A stretch of DNA of 64,000 bases from Daphnia carinata (lineage: Eukaryota). Positions 26,880 through 41,044 of this stretch are shown here, one piece after another. Every line of letters starts with the position of its first letter. Positions within the stretch are counted from its first letter, which is position 1. The notes beneath the pieces are model-generated. The model was not told where the DNA came from. It did no database searches and was given only the letters and a program-made list of their open reading frames with translations. The DNA lies in the NCBI RefSeq assembly GCF_022539665.2, contig NC_081332.1:1922001-1986000 (forward strand), read 5' to 3'. The position numbers were made by a program, and so were the translations under genes.

Positions 26880-28269
26880 CTAATTTTTGGTTTCTAGAGC
26901 AGAGGCACCGGAGATGATTTCAATCAACTCACGAGTGATGACGGCTTGACGAGTGCGGTTGAATGTCATTGTAAGTTTGTCAATCATTTCACCTTTTTGT
27001 AGGAAAAATGACGTTAGCTAATGCAAGACGAAGCAATTTCTAAACTGTTCAGTTACCGGCGTTTTTGCTTGCGTTGTCCATGGCAGTCATGCGAGAAGAT
27101 TGTTCAGAAGTGGCGTTCTCCTTCATGCTGAAGAACAGAAGAGACGCCAACGAAAACTCGGTGTAGGACTGAATGACATCGCTGTCCAAGGAATCGTATA
27201 TTGGCAGCTTGGAAGCATTCGCTACAGCGGTCTGACTGTACAATGGCATTTCGGTGGTACGGAAAGATACAACCGTCCGGAAAGTGTTGAACAGGATCTT
27301 TCCTTTGCTGAATTCCAGACCAGAGTTGATGATGCTTTGGGCAATAAGAGCAGCATCACCAAAGACGGCTGGTTTACGGCCTACCTCAGTAACTACCATG
27401 GCGATGTTCTTTGCGTACAGCCTGGTCAGACACATTTTAGTTATATTTTTCCCAAATGCTTCTTAAGAAAATTTTGTCCTGACCTCTGTAAGATGTTTCG
27501 AACTTTGTCACCAATAATGACTACTTTGGTGTTAGGGTTGGCGGCAATATCGGCTTTAACAATACGGCCGATTGACGAGTGAACTGCACCGCACAGACCA
27601 CGATCCGACGAAACAGCAATGATGAGTTGTCCCTTTTCGCCCTCTTCGTCTATAGTGAAAGTAAAAGCAAAATTAGGTTTTGCTTACACAATATTCATAA
27701 TTCAACACATACCTTTAACCTCTGCCTTCTTGTAAAACTCCTGTGCACCCACTCCATAAGGACGAGCAAGTTTCAATTCCCTTTCAGCTTTGGTGTACTT
27801 GGCAGCAGAGACCATTTTCATGGACTGGGTGATCTTCTGAATGTTCTTGACAGACTTCAGACGGATGGAAATCATCTTGAGTGTGGCCATCCCACGCACT
27901 TGTTGGGCACTAAAAATGAAAAGCGAAATAGTGGTTAAGAAGTTGTATACAATAGTTTGTAATGGCTCCAGCATGTCTTTTTGCTAAACCCAAGCATAGC
28001 AGAAATTTAAAGCAAGGAAGATACATGCCTTTACATTCAAAGACACTACATAATAGAAAATAACTCAATGTTTTTTGTAAACGAAGAATTTTAAGGCTAT
28101 TTGTATTGATCTACATGCCGGCTGAATAGTGTTAAGGATTGAAACAATATACAAAAATTGCCGATTCCATCACCGGAAACAGTAAAATTATTATGTAAAA
28201 TTTCGTAAAATTATTTCAATGAATTTCAACTAACCATTGTGGAATAATTGCTGCTGATCGGCTGAACAT
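26880..28269 (-). CDS. ATP5F1C: Mitochondrial ATP synthase F1 subunit gamma
   Basis: A presequence exon [11 protein letters not shown] is followed by [65 protein letters not shown] and [23 protein letters not shown]. Confidence 0.96.
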
Positions 28270-28878
28270 TTTTTCGGCTGATTTTCTTAACTCGCAATAT
28301 GGTGGACGAAAAAGACCTGATCACAGTCTTTCTCTGGTAAAGAAAGGCCAGCTAACTACTTCATTTCTAGGAAAATATTAAAAGGGTTGTTCTCAGCGCT
28401 CCAAGCGGTGTATTTACGTAAAATGTTTTAGAGTTCCCTAAGTATTCATTTTAAACAGCTTCTAAAAAGTGATATTATGTTTCATCTGCAGAATTTGTTT
28501 GTGGCAAAATTACAAATTTCTTTTTGAAATTTTAACATGTTTTTAGTTTAACAACTATCAAAGACTGATGAATGTTTGTAGAAGATAAGCGATGGCCCTA
28601 CAGAGTGCTCACCGAAATAAACGCAGACGAAAGGAATCCTTTTGGCCTTTTCATCGAAATCAAAGCCTGATTTTTACAGCATCAATGCCAATTCGCTATA
28701 AACTCCATTATACGGATTAAAATTTAAATAAGTTTTATTTCAACTCAAATAACAAAATACAATTTACGGTCTTAACAGAAATCGTACATGGTGGATTTCA
28801 TTCGTTTTTTAAATAAAACAAAATATAATTCAATGATGAGAGATCAGAGCAGTTGGCAACCGACTGTGTAGAACACCG

Positions 28879-29840
28879 TTACCGAAGAAGTTCCTAAAAT
28901 TCCATCGAACAACGGTTTGAGAAATGATGGGAGCTAAAAGTTTTCAAGTGTTAAATTACCTCGTCATCGCTGCTGCTTGCCGATGAGTCATCACTCATAT
29001 TGAGATGAAATTCGTGGTCTTCATTGGCCTCAACTGATAGGACATCATTTGCCGAAAGAGTGACTTCTTGGTTAAGCGTGGTGTAGTGGCAAATCACCTC
29101 TCTGATATTTGCAAATTAGAGTTAGACCCCACATCTACACACACACAAACATACGATTGATGTAATCTTTAAACCTATTGGCGTAACGATATCTTCTCCA
29201 AAGAAGAAACAGGCCCGAAAGTGTAAATCCTACGAAGATGGTGATTGCTAGTAGAGTTGGCGCCGAAGAGAGGTGATCGCGATGATCCACAGCAATGGTC
29301 GAATAATGAGCCAGGTTCCACACAGAGGAGGAGTTTGTTTCATTGTTATTATGAATGATAGAAGACGTTGAAATGAGCATTGGTTTGCTATTACCCCGTC
29401 GTTCGGTAGGTTTCCTAATGATTGTTAAATTGAAATTTGTTAGGCGATCAAGTCCCCCTTTAGATATTGGCAAATGTATGCAGACGACTGTAAGATACAG
29501 TATCCATTGGCTAGTAATTGTTGTGATCCACCATGTTTTGTGATATTTGGTTTCAATAGGAACTGGTTAGATACAGTTCAGGCAAAGACATGAAAATAAC
29601 CTAAATGTTTACTTCACTTTCATATTTCCTACTTGGATTATAAAATTGGACGCCACCTGGCGGGCTGATACAGAGGACATTGAAAAAAAGATAAATTTAC
29701 CCGTTTGTGGAATTGTTTTTTTCAGGTTCAATCAGCTTGACCGCCGACGTGGATGTATCTAAACAATTCAATGAGGCAAACAAATACAAAGAAGCAACAA
29801 CTTGCATGACAAGAACAGATTTCGCCATCTTGGAACTCAT
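28879..29840 (-). CDS. Uncharacterised type I single-pass membrane glycoprotein (~5 exons)
   Basis: A signal-peptide-like N-terminus (VLVMQVVASLYLFASLNC), a Ser/Thr/Asn-rich ectodomain with N-x-S/T sites, a TM helix (LLAITIFVGFTLSGLFLLW) followed by RRYR, and a tail ending DDSSASSSDDEELLR-stop. Splice sites are consistent. Confidence 0.7.
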
Positions 29841-30548
29841 AATCAATGCTCTTTTCAGAAATGGTTGAGCAAGCTGCGCGCGACGTTGATTCTTAGAAAC
29901 GTTACTTTCTAATCGATACACCTGTGTACTTGGATCTACTTTCCCGGCAACGATCCTGCATCGATTGGACTAGTTATGAGATTTTTTGCTAGTCAAACGA
30001 ATGGGAAAGGTATGTATTAACTTTTTTCATGTAGTCATGTAAGCACGGTTTGTTTTATCGATTTTTTTTTTATGCGTTTCCAAGATTAAATGAATGGCAG
30101 AAAACTTAATAATCAGTGATGATTTTATATGCATCACGTCAAACAACAGTTATCATGACAGCCATTCCCAAAGGTTTTGGTAATCCACTCCACAGTTGGT
30201 CAAGCAGTGCAAGTGGCTTATAAATTTGTGGCAATATAAAGTTACATGACAATAAGAAGTGACACTTGTAGGTAAACGTCCAACAATTATATTTTTAAAA
30301 AGATGTTCAGTGAGAAATGATATGCAATTACGACAGTTCAACTATCACGTATTAAGTTGGGAGGCGAATCCATGGCAAAATTCAGTCATCCATCGATGAA
30401 CAACATTTTCCTACGTAAAGATCAATCGAGCTTTATAAAAATAGCGATCGGGACTTCAAAATTCGTCTTAAATCACAGGTGAATTAGCCTAAGTCTCAAG
30501 AATATGTTTTCACTCGTAAATATAAATAAATACAACGATCATTTTCAT

Positions 30549-33500
30549 TCACAGTCGACAATCCCTATCAATGTTTTTTTTAATAGCCACGTCTTCCTTC
30601 ATAACTCCCACAACTGCTGACTTTTCTCGATGAGTTAATTGTGGCTCAAGCTCTTCGGCTGTGACTGCCTTGTCATCAAGATTTGGCGGACGCTCCAAAT
30701 CGAATGGCAATGGACCGATTATGGAAAGAATAACAGGGAAGAATATTAATCCGTGGAATAGTCCATACGCGACAACAAGAACGAATATCTGAAAAGAATG
30801 TTATAGTTAGTTTAAGACTGGCAATACGTAAAACGGATAACAGTAAAACTCTTGGTAAACCTTAAAAAACGTGATGAAAACGTGAGAATCAGAATTGGCG
30901 AGGAAAATGAAGGCCAAAAACGTGCTGAAACCTCCGTGAAAGACCGCCGGCCCAATAGAGGAAATGGTTGCTGCAGCACGTTCATTTCTGGTACCTGTTT
31001 TTGTCATGAACGTATGTGCGACATGTGCAGCGTAATCAACGCACAGCCCGATGGCCAACACCAAGTTTATGCAGGACACGGTATCAATCGTGAGTCCCCA
31101 AAAATGCATCGATCCATTCACGCATATCTAAAACATAACAAAGGTAATCATTTATACTTATCGAATTTTAGCAAACAAATAATATTACCAAAGTTAAGAC
31201 GACGCAGAGAAGTACCAGGACACATGCAAACAAATTTGCGATGAGAATAAAAGTTGTGATAAAGACGCAGACCATGGCGATGGCCAAGTTTCGATAGAGT
31301 TCTTCCATAATGACCTGAAAGAAGGAAATAAAAATGATACAATCGAATTGTTGGGATGACAACAATTACTTCATCTGTTTCCCAGGAAGAAAATATGCGA
31401 GCTGAGGCAAAAACTTGGCTTCCAAATTGCTGCGAAAAATCTACGGCAATGTCTTTTATCCGCCTCATTGCAGGAATGTGTTCTTCTCGCCCAGAAAACG
31501 GACGAAAGACGAAATCAATATTGGTAATCTGTTTTTTAAAACAAAACCAATTACATAATCATTAGTACTAGAAAATGAATATCAGGAATCATACCGATAT
31601 CGGTGGTGCGATGGCTGATCTGCACTGTAAAGGATCTTGAAATTTGAAATTTCTCCGAAACTTTGCGCCTTTCTGGGTAAACAAATAGTTCTTCAAGTAA
31701 GTTGAAAATTGTTCGTCTGTCATACTCTGATTCATCCAATCTGTTAGGTGAAAGTATAAGAATTAATTCGTCCTTGGAACCCTGTTTGGCGATCTATTTA
31801 GCTTACCAATAGCGTGACGCTTTGCTGTAAACTCCTTGAATCCACCGAACCAGTCGTCCACTTGGCTCACGATGCCTGTTTCGTTTCTTACAATATCAAG
31901 TAATGCATCTAGGCGGTCCAAATTGCTGGACAAGTTCGTCGTTTGAATATAAATCGACGCCATTTGACCGTTGTCTGGGTAATGGTTTTCAAGAACTGAA
32001 AAGTATTGAGATAGATATGTTGAAGTAGGAATGAACCAAAGAGGATTGAACTCTTGTCTCATTAAGACAGAGCCCCAGGTATTGATACCCAATAGAAAAG
32101 TGGCAAGGACCAAGACGAAAACCTGTGGTTGGTGAAAGGGACAATAGTAGGTGATCTTTGCATTTATGCCAATAATTTCGGAAATACCTTGGCTGGCCAC
32201 TTGAACAGGTATTTGGCTAAAACGCGATTGAAAAACAATTGAAGAGGTTCTATTCTCGACAGGCTACTGGGTTTCCAGTTTCGATGGATGAAACAGGGAA
32301 TGATACCATCACGATGACTTTCGATTCGTCTGCGTAAAGTAGAACAGGTTATTGGTTTATCGTTAATGCTTATCAATAGATAAAATTACTTTTGATCCAA
32401 TGTCAACCAGGCAACAAAGAAAGATGCCTGAAAAATGTACGTCGCTAAAATTCCGACAGCAGAATATATGCAAAACGATCTCAGGGACGGTAAAACCTGT
32501 AATTAGATTTTCGTGGTTAATTACAGTCCAGTCTAGCATTACATGTTTAATAATTACAGTTGTAGCTCCAACAGCGAAGGCGGCGAAGTCAGTGATTGAT
32601 GTAATAGTGATACTAACTCCTGCGTGTTTCATGGTTATGCCAATGCGAACTGGTAATGACCTTTTCATTTCTTCCTTGTTCAAGTTGGTCCAGCATTGGA
32701 CGATAACGAACATGTCGTCTATTCCAATACCCAGCAACAAAAATGGTAGGATGGAATGTACTGGCCCGTAAAATACCCCGAAGGCAGAACAGAGGCCATA
32801 ACTCACTACGATGGCCATAGCAACAGAAGCTATTCCAGTTAAAGACAAAAATGCCTAGATGAATAAGGTGAATTAAAACAAAAGCAATTGGCCAAGGCCA
32901 ACACAATAGGCAATTTGTCTTCTACCCTTTGTTCAACCAAGTTAAATTTCCCGAGCATCAGCTGGACGTAAATGAAGACCACACAAATGCCGGCGGCCAA
33001 GAGTCGAACATCTCCGAGGATCGTAGCAGAACTAATATCGCCAAAACTAACGAATTATAAGCAAATATTATTCAATTACCTAAAACAGTTCAAATTTTAA
33101 TATTATACCTTCTGGCAGCCATATAATACAGCTTTGTATTGTTGGGTGTGCTCGTGAAATTGTGAAGCAAATTGACGAAGGCTTTTTCCCATTCAAGATT
33201 AATTGGATCCACCTAAAAATAAAAGAAACGCTTTTTTTTTTCATTTGAAAAAGTAAATAAAGTGCACAATAAATTCACTCACCACTTCACCCGTTCCAGC
33301 GTCATTGTCAGTGACGTCATTGGTGATTAAAGAATAATTGACGCGAGAGAACAATTGAACGAGCAGCGATCCAGCCGAAACGATGTGGCCGGTTTCATTG
33401 AAACGAGGCTAAGGTCGATAGACCACAATTGAAATAAAAGCTAACCAACATAAAACTGATGGGAGGAAAATCGTACTTGACCAAGAAGACTACTGTACTG

Positions 33501-35473
33501 GACCCTGGTGAGATTACTCTTCTGAACAGTGTTGATCGTATTGATGATATCCTCTCTAGAAAGTTTACTGATGACTTCCTTTTTGTAATTCCAAATGTCT
33601 AGAATACTATTCTCTAAACAAGCTTCTTCCAGTCCTTCCACGATATCACAAAATATGCCTGAAATGGGAAAGTACGTAATAGTCGTGAACCCCCAAAAAC
33701 GGAATGATTAAATGCCAAATTTTACCCGTTGGAAGGTCGATAGCTGGTTCAAAATCTGGATCGAGGGGAGACGATTGAATGTCTTCGAAGTTGGTGTCGA
33801 ACCCGTCAAAATCGAAATGTTCAAAATCGAAAATGTCGCTTTCATTGATATTTAATTGCCGTTTCTTTCGTCGTTTGGCCTGCTGTTCTGTTACCACTGG
33901 TACCCTTAAAAAAACAATTGGATTAAATCATTTATGCATTCGAAATGCTTCTGAAATATTTTACTTGAAGCAAACGTCCCTCCATTGATATCCGCTCGCA
34001 GATGAAACGGCTGTTATGTTATCATGAAGTTCCAGCATCTAACAGTTGGCACAAAACCATATGAATAAATATGAACTTAAAAATCGAGATGGATGCACAA
34101 ATATGATGATTACCCAAAGAAGGATTTCTGGCCTCAAAACATTATCGTCGACTACGACCCAAGACTGGAGGCGAAGGTCGTTGGGAAAATTCTCTTGGAG
34201 CCATTCGCTATTTTGTACGAAACCGGAATCTTGTGGAATCCAAAGCTTTGTTGGTCTATTTTCTGCAGTAAAATTCAACAATCCTATGGTGCAGGTAGCA
34301 GCTATCACAACACTGGCAACAATATACGTCCACGGATTTTTGGCTACAGTGATTCCCCATCTACAAGGATGAAAATTGTTGGTTAATTAATGAACTTGTA
34401 AGAATATTTGAGTGATTTTTTTAAATCAATAACTTGAGAAAACTGAAGATAAAGGCTTTTCTCTTGCCATTGGGTCATCGGCCTGTACTATACATTTGCG
34501 CTGCTACTAGGGTGGTCATTGCATAAGTCTGATTGTAAAAATACGCAAGTCCATCATCCCGATAAAGCTTAATGTAAACACGTTTGAGATAAACATTACA
34601 TGCAAAGACTGCTGACCCACTCGTTACACAAATCTGTAATCAAATATAGGAATTTCACGTTTCAATGAACCCAAAATACTAGTTACATAACGTTTTGTGT
34701 TAATGTTTTTTTAGTGGGCCAACCACTAAGATGTTCTGTTCATTTTAAGGTGTAATTCTAAGTTTGATTAAATGTAATTCTTCATTCGTGGTCATTTCAC
34801 GTAACAATCTGTATTCGAACTAATAAAAAAAGAATCGCTGATGTGCTATCGGAGAATTCGAACTTTTGCCTAGACAGGCACGTGAGCAAGAAGGTGTTAG
34901 CAAGTATGACTCCAAGGGTCAAATAATGATAATATAATTACTTGATGTCACAGGGTCCTTTGATACACGTGTTATAATAATCAAAATCACGCAAAGACTA
35001 ATCACGTTTTCCAAATGAACCATAAGCTATACGTAAGGACTTTAAGCGTAATCCATAATGCTTTTTTGATCTCTACGTAGCGTGAAACCAATCAAACGGA
35101 TTAGCCAGCAGGGGTGAAATTAGTTGTGTAACAAAAACGTTCTAACAACCATTCCGGTTTGGTATTTGGCGCACTGTTTGCAGACGACGTAAAGACTAGC
35201 CTTGAAATAGTAAAAGTTAGTGATGTGCGAATAATAGTTTTTCCTAAAGTCGATTGCACGCATGAGATGACGTTTCTACTTGAACGACCACAGATTATTC
35301 AAGGCCAAAAAATGTTCAAGGAAAAACCAAATGAAGTAAGAATGAATCACTGGCCTCAAGAAAAAATTTTCGAAGTTCGCCATGAAGATGAAAGATGCTC
35401 GATTCACGCAGGACTTTGTTGATGTAGAAGTGCTTTGTTTATGGCTTTCATATTCGAGATCGATTTCACCCAT
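30549..35473 (-). CDS. Patched domain-containing / NPC1-like sterol-sensing RND protein (PTCHD3/Ptr-like), many exons
   Basis: A sterol-sensing domain (PFLLLGIGIDDMFVI, AGVSITITSITD) and a second TM cluster (AIGLCVDYAAH, GPAVFHGGFSTFL, GLFHGLIFFPVILS), with luminal loops containing LWIP and WFIP..TYL. Confidence 0.88.
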
Positions 35474-38400
35474 GATGAATGCACGAAGTAGAACACTGAA
35501 TCACTTTTCCAATTCGCCTACTGATTGCGTGAGTCCCGTTGTAAGACACCGAAAACACTTTCTCCAGTCCGGACTTTTTTTAAATAACCCGTCCAGTTCG
35601 AAATCTCTCATCAGACTACATCGTCAAAAGTAACAAACACACACTACTTTAACAAAAACAATTCAGCTCGCTACATAGATGCCTTAGGGAAAAAAACAAC
35701 ACACCGTATGTGAACACATTAAATGGCGCCATCTACGAAAGGATTGACAAAGCTCTGAAATTTGAGTTACATAAGAAAGTTTAGGCATACTCCACTATTA
35801 GCTTTTGGATTTTTGTCAAACCAATTTTTAAAAAATCTAACTACATTGTAATTACATGACAAATCGAAATATTTTATGATATTTTTGTATCTTTCGTATG
35901 TTTTATTGATTGATATACTGGATGGCGTTTTGAATGGCAGACGATGCAAACGGCCGTATTTTAGTAGTTCTGGCTTGTCCTAACAATCGACTCTTATTAA
36001 CTATTTAGATCGATTATTTGTGTTAGCGACATGTGGTTGTTTGCAATGGCCGATATAGTAACTAAGGGAAGAACTGGTAACAAATATTAAGAATATATTT
36101 GATTGTGTATGGTATTCATATTTATATGATATATTATTTGGAATGTTGTCCATACGATGTTTTGCCTACAGTAATTTAAACTCGAAATTTCTATTTGTAT
36201 ATAATGCGAAAAAACTAGTGACTTTTTTTATAAGAGGTCACATGTTGCCCATATTTGCCTTAGGCTACTTGACTAAAGATGAAGTCACGTGGCTAAGCCT
36301 AGTTACCAGTATTTTACCCTTAGTCACCATCTCGGACAAATGCAACAAACATGTCACCGATGCAATAATCGGTGTAACGACCTGAACGCAATTCGAGAGA
36401 CCTTGTTTATGCTTTGCACGTGTAAAAGCTTAATATCAAAGGCCTTCACTACCGTAAGACATTGAAGGAGAGGAAAATTTACCAAGACGAATATTTTTAG
36501 GAATTGCGCAAAGGGGATTCATAACAAGTTCAAGGATGAAATCGACAGTGTTAGCTAGGTCCTCGATGTAAGAGTTAACATTCCGCGGTTGTAGCTCCTA
36601 ATTAGGTACACTTAATCATGAATGCAGAACCATACTCTTGGGTATTTCTTTCACAGAGATCTACGTAACCAACATAGAGAAGTGCCAATTCCATCTGTTA
36701 CATGGCCAAGTTCAAATCAAGGATGCCAACATCTTAGGTAAGACCATTATTTGAAATAGTAGCAACCTTTCGTGTTCATATGATTGGTAAGTACCTAAGC
36801 ACATGCAAACATTGCTGTCTACATGAATGTGCAGTAATTAAGTCAAACGTCTCCTCTGTTAAGGTTTTTGTCTCAATATTAATTCATACCTAGAGAAATA
36901 GTAGATTCTAAAGCTTTCTGTGAACTGCATGTTAAGCCTCAACTCTAAGTGCTTATTGTGGCATTGTTTTGGCCAGAATAATAATTTTTTTTAAAACTAC
37001 ACATGCACTTGATGGGACCTTGGAAGTGATGGGACTTAGTTGTTGTTTTTCAGATATGCTTAGCTTTTTTCTCTCTTCGTCCGGCTATGAAATAGCGAGT
37101 TACATCTGTAAATCTGCTAGTTCTGTTTTACATTCAGGCTCGTCAAGTAGTTCGGTTGCACTAAAGAATTAAAACATTCTATGTAATCGTGAAACTAGGC
37201 GAAATAGGGGCTCGTAATGGGTAAACAAATTTAACAGCACAAGGCTGGTGTCAAGTCCTGTTTATAAAGAAGTCCCGCGTCGAGCTAATAATAAAACTAT
37301 CTTGATACTTTGTACGGGTCCGTTTTAATTATGGGATATTAATAGCCATCGTTTAGATGACAACATAGCCTTATCAGCTGGCATGGCTGGCACGCAACAT
37401 ATTTCGTCTACCGCAATTAGTCGTTACACAACAATCTAAATTTGAACCCAAAGTATACCGGCAATTTTACCAAAGTTCAAGCGCAAGGAGCACAATTCCA
37501 TTCGATTGTGTTTCAATTGATATTTGTTGCTATTTGCAGTAACACCCGCCTGTTTATCCCTAATCGTATTGCACGACCTTCAGTCATACAGTGGAATTTC
37601 ATCCTTGACTATTTTTGGTGATGATACAAAACAGCAGCTAGGGTTTATGCGTCTCCTTAGTACTTCCCTTTGCGTAGAAATGACCTGCCGTAAACGAACT
37701 TGAATCCCAATTCACAACCGTGTTGCGAGGAGAAAATATTTTGGAGTTTCCTAGCGCAAATGCGTTAATGAGGCAAACAGTAAACTTTCTGAGGAGCTTA
37801 TACATTTCACGTTCATAGAAAATCCGTTAAAGAAAATCGTTATTTCATTTTTTGAATATTTTCTTTTACAAATATCAAAGTCATTTTTCATTTTTATAAA
37901 TCTACGTATCTAAATCTTTTCCTTAGTGCCTGAAAAAATTTGCCACTGACTAATTCACTTAGCCTTTTTTTATTTCGCGTGTTTCCAAAACCAATTTTGA
38001 TTAACACATCACAGCTAATCTTCACGTTGCATGGCGTCTAATTATGCAATCAAACCCACTTGTACGATATTACATGGGCAGCCGCGTAATTACTGGGAGT
38101 ACAAAAGTCATGACCGTAAATGTGATGCGTTTCACCACAAACCTAATATAGACAAAGAACCAAGCGACACGAAAATTTATCTGATCAGACTTATTTTTAG
38201 GATCGTATCATAAAGGTGATATGTACTGAAACATATTTTTTCACCTTTGACTGGTTTTGATATTGTTATTAGTTACGAGCTTACGCCTATCTCAGTTATG
38301 AGCACTAAAAATAGGCTTTATCATTTGTTTTACCTCTTTGTCTGATCATTTTCCTTCAAATTTGAATTCCTGTTTCATTACGTAATTGTTAAAACATAGA

Positions 38401-38544
38401 CTAAGACGAGTTTTTATGCAATATTTTTTTTATTTTCAGGAAAGGTACCAAGCTCACAGACAACGTTTAGAATGACACGTTTTCACGTCTACCATAAGGT
38501 ACAACACGAAGAGATGGAAAGATGAGATTCATTTCTTTTTTTTT

Positions 38545-39191
38545 TTAATAACCAGAATGTTGGGCAGCAGGGCGGAAGACGGTTTGCTGGGCAACAGCGG
38601 GAGCAGAATAAGTCTGTTGGGCAGCCTGTTGTGGCCTATCGAGGGGAGCGGTGGTGGCGACCGATGGAGCTGATGCAGCGGCGGATGCAGCTGGAACGGC
38701 AACGCAAGTGCAGATCTGTTGGGTGGTCGTCGGGAAAGAATGCTGGGTCGGTGTGGGAGCAACTGGAACTTCCTGGACTGGTGTAGGAGCATTGTACGTC
38801 TGCGGAGTTGCCACTGGAGTAGCTACGACGTTGCTGTTACCCCACACTTTGTTACCATATCCTGTCTGAGGTGCTGGAGCGGGGATGGCTGCTGGCTGAG
38901 GTGCCCACGATCTAAACACAATGAGAAATAACATGTGTATTAATTGTTAATTTTTTAGGTTTGTAATATTTGAAAACGTACGGCGTCCTGTATGCACCCG
39001 AGCAAGTGGCTGCCATAACAACGCACAAAGCAACAATCTGAAAAAAAGATAAAAAATAATTTTGGGAAATTTGTTCAGAGTTTATAAAGTATAACAGACA
39101 AGTGGAAGCATTCTTTAGGTAATTTGGTTTTAAAATATCATATAGAAAATTAATTTAATTGAAATTTACTTACAGTTTTGAAAGAATTCAT
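38545..39191 (-). CDS. Secreted Pro/Ala/Thr/Gln-rich low-complexity protein (cuticle-like), paralog A
   Basis: Three exons: MNSFKT | IVALCVVMAATCSGAYRT | SWAPQPAAIP...HSGY. It has a signal peptide, an FP..TQQICTC.AV motif and a TATAAAA at ~39279-39285 on the minus strand. Confidence 0.8.
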
Positions 39192-39303
39192 TTTGAGTTG
39201 AAGTTGTTGGAAGTTGAGTTGCTGAAGACTTGAATTGCTGGAGTGCAAGTGTGTGTCGAACTTGAAATCAGGGCTGGTTTTTATACTGGAAGATGGCCCT
39301 AGA

Positions 39304-39390
39304 TGACCTTGGACATCCGCAGGATTTGTCCACCGTGAGGTACGGAAACCCATCCCAAAAGGTGAAAAGAATAGAAGATTGACCTAGTTT
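39304..39390 (-). promoter_or_regulatory. Nuclear-receptor monomer sites upstream of paralog A: FTZ-F1-type CCAAGGTCA and ROR/HR3-type AAACTAGGTCA
   Basis: TGACCTTGG at 39304-39312 and TGACCTAGTTT at 39380-39390 lie just upstream of the TATA box. Confidence 0.45.
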
Positions 39391-40187
39391 GAACAAAGCG
39401 AAGAGTAAAATGGAGGGGGTTCAGAGTAACTTTCACAAATGTCCCACAGTCGCTGTGGACATTGATTGGTTACTGCAATACACCCTTTCCCTTTTTCGCG
39501 CTTAGAAACCTAGTCTTTCTTTTTAAATTACTCTCTACCTGTTCAACGTACAAAACAAAAACTCAGTTTACAGCCCTTGTTTGTTGTCCGTATTTTGAAT
39601 GTGAACGCGTTCTAAGCGTTTGCATCCAAGGCAATGGCACCCCAGTATATGCATTTCAACTTCACCGAGATCACAGAGAATCATGTTGTTTTATATGATC
39701 TAAAGTTAATCAAGATTTATAAAAACAGCAATATTCTAATTCTTTAAATTTCAAGGGATTTCATTCTATTCCGAACTATTTCAGTTTAAGTGTGTGACAT
39801 ATTTTTTAAGATGTAATCTGTTCTGCTACAATTTTACCTATTTTGGATTAAGTAACAAACGCCAGTATTATTCATTGCAATTTCAAAATATGTGTTATGT
39901 GCACGTTATTATATAACCCTTGCTTTTATTATATTTGATATTTTGAAGTGTTTCATCGGAACACAAATCCTCACCTCTCCTGTACATATTAGTCGGTGTC
40001 CAAGATAGGGCGGGATTGTCTTAAAATTTTACTCCATTTAAAGAATAGTATAGGAGATATAGTTTTACAGTGCGTGAAAGAACTGTTTATTCATTTTTTT
40101 TTTTTTTTTCAAAATTTTCATCGCCTTTTTTTATTTTCAAACACATTCAAATTTTATGGAGTGCACAGTCTGATCATCTATTTTCTT

Positions 40188-40894
40188 TTAGTAGCGAGTG
40201 GCCTTAGCCGGGGAGGCATAAGCCGGACGGGCATGCTGGGCAGGAGTAACCAATTCAACTGGGGCGGCCGTGGTAGTATAATACCCATTATGAGCAGGAG
40301 CTTGTGTGGTATGTTGTTGGCTAGAAGCAGCTGGAGAATAAACGGATGGCTGGGCAGAGTAGAATTGCTGAGCAACAGCTGATTCTTGCTTGGCAGGAGC
40401 GGCCTGCTGGGCGGTGGCTGCTCCGGACGATGGCTGCTGGTATTTTTCGATCATACCAGCAGCGGTAGATTCAGACACGGCCGTGCAAGTGCAGATCTGC
40501 TGAGTAACTTTGGGGAACGCGCTGGCAGGTATGTTGGTGTTGGCTGGGACTGGAAGTGTCTGATATTTAGTTTCCGTTTCAGTCTTAATTGGAGCCCAGG
40601 GCTTGGGTGTAGTTGGCATCTCCCAGCTTGGTCTGCCAGACCTGGTAAGTGAATAACTTATGTTATCAAATTAAATTAAAATGAATTGATTTGTTACTTA
40701 CTGCAGGTATTGACCAGAGCATGTTGTAACAGCCACAACGGAGCATACGGCAAGAACCTAAATCAGGTAGACAAAATTGAGTTACGCACATCTTCGTTAG
40801 TTATCTCTGCATTTAAATATTTTAGGCCAAAAATGTTTTTCAGTTTTGGAAAATTTGAACACTAGACACAACTCACCAGTTTAAAGGTGTTCAT
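40188..40894 (-). CDS. Secreted Pro/Ala/Thr/Gln-rich low-complexity protein (cuticle-like), paralog B
   Basis: Same three-exon structure: MNTFKL | VLAVCSVVAVTTCSGQYL | SGRPSWEMP...ATRY. It shares FP..TQQICTC.AV, AVAQQ and H.GY, and has a TATATAA at ~40998-41004 on the minus strand. Confidence 0.8.
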
Positions 40895-41044
40895 TTTCTT
40901 CGGAGGAAGTAGTTGGGGCAAAAGTGCGAGTGAGTAGTAATAACTCCTGAGAGTAGCTTGTGAAGATTGGGATGACCAGAATGAAACAACCTCGACCTTA
41001 TATACCCACAGCTCGCACGAGTTTGTGTGTACCCGTTTCTTCAA

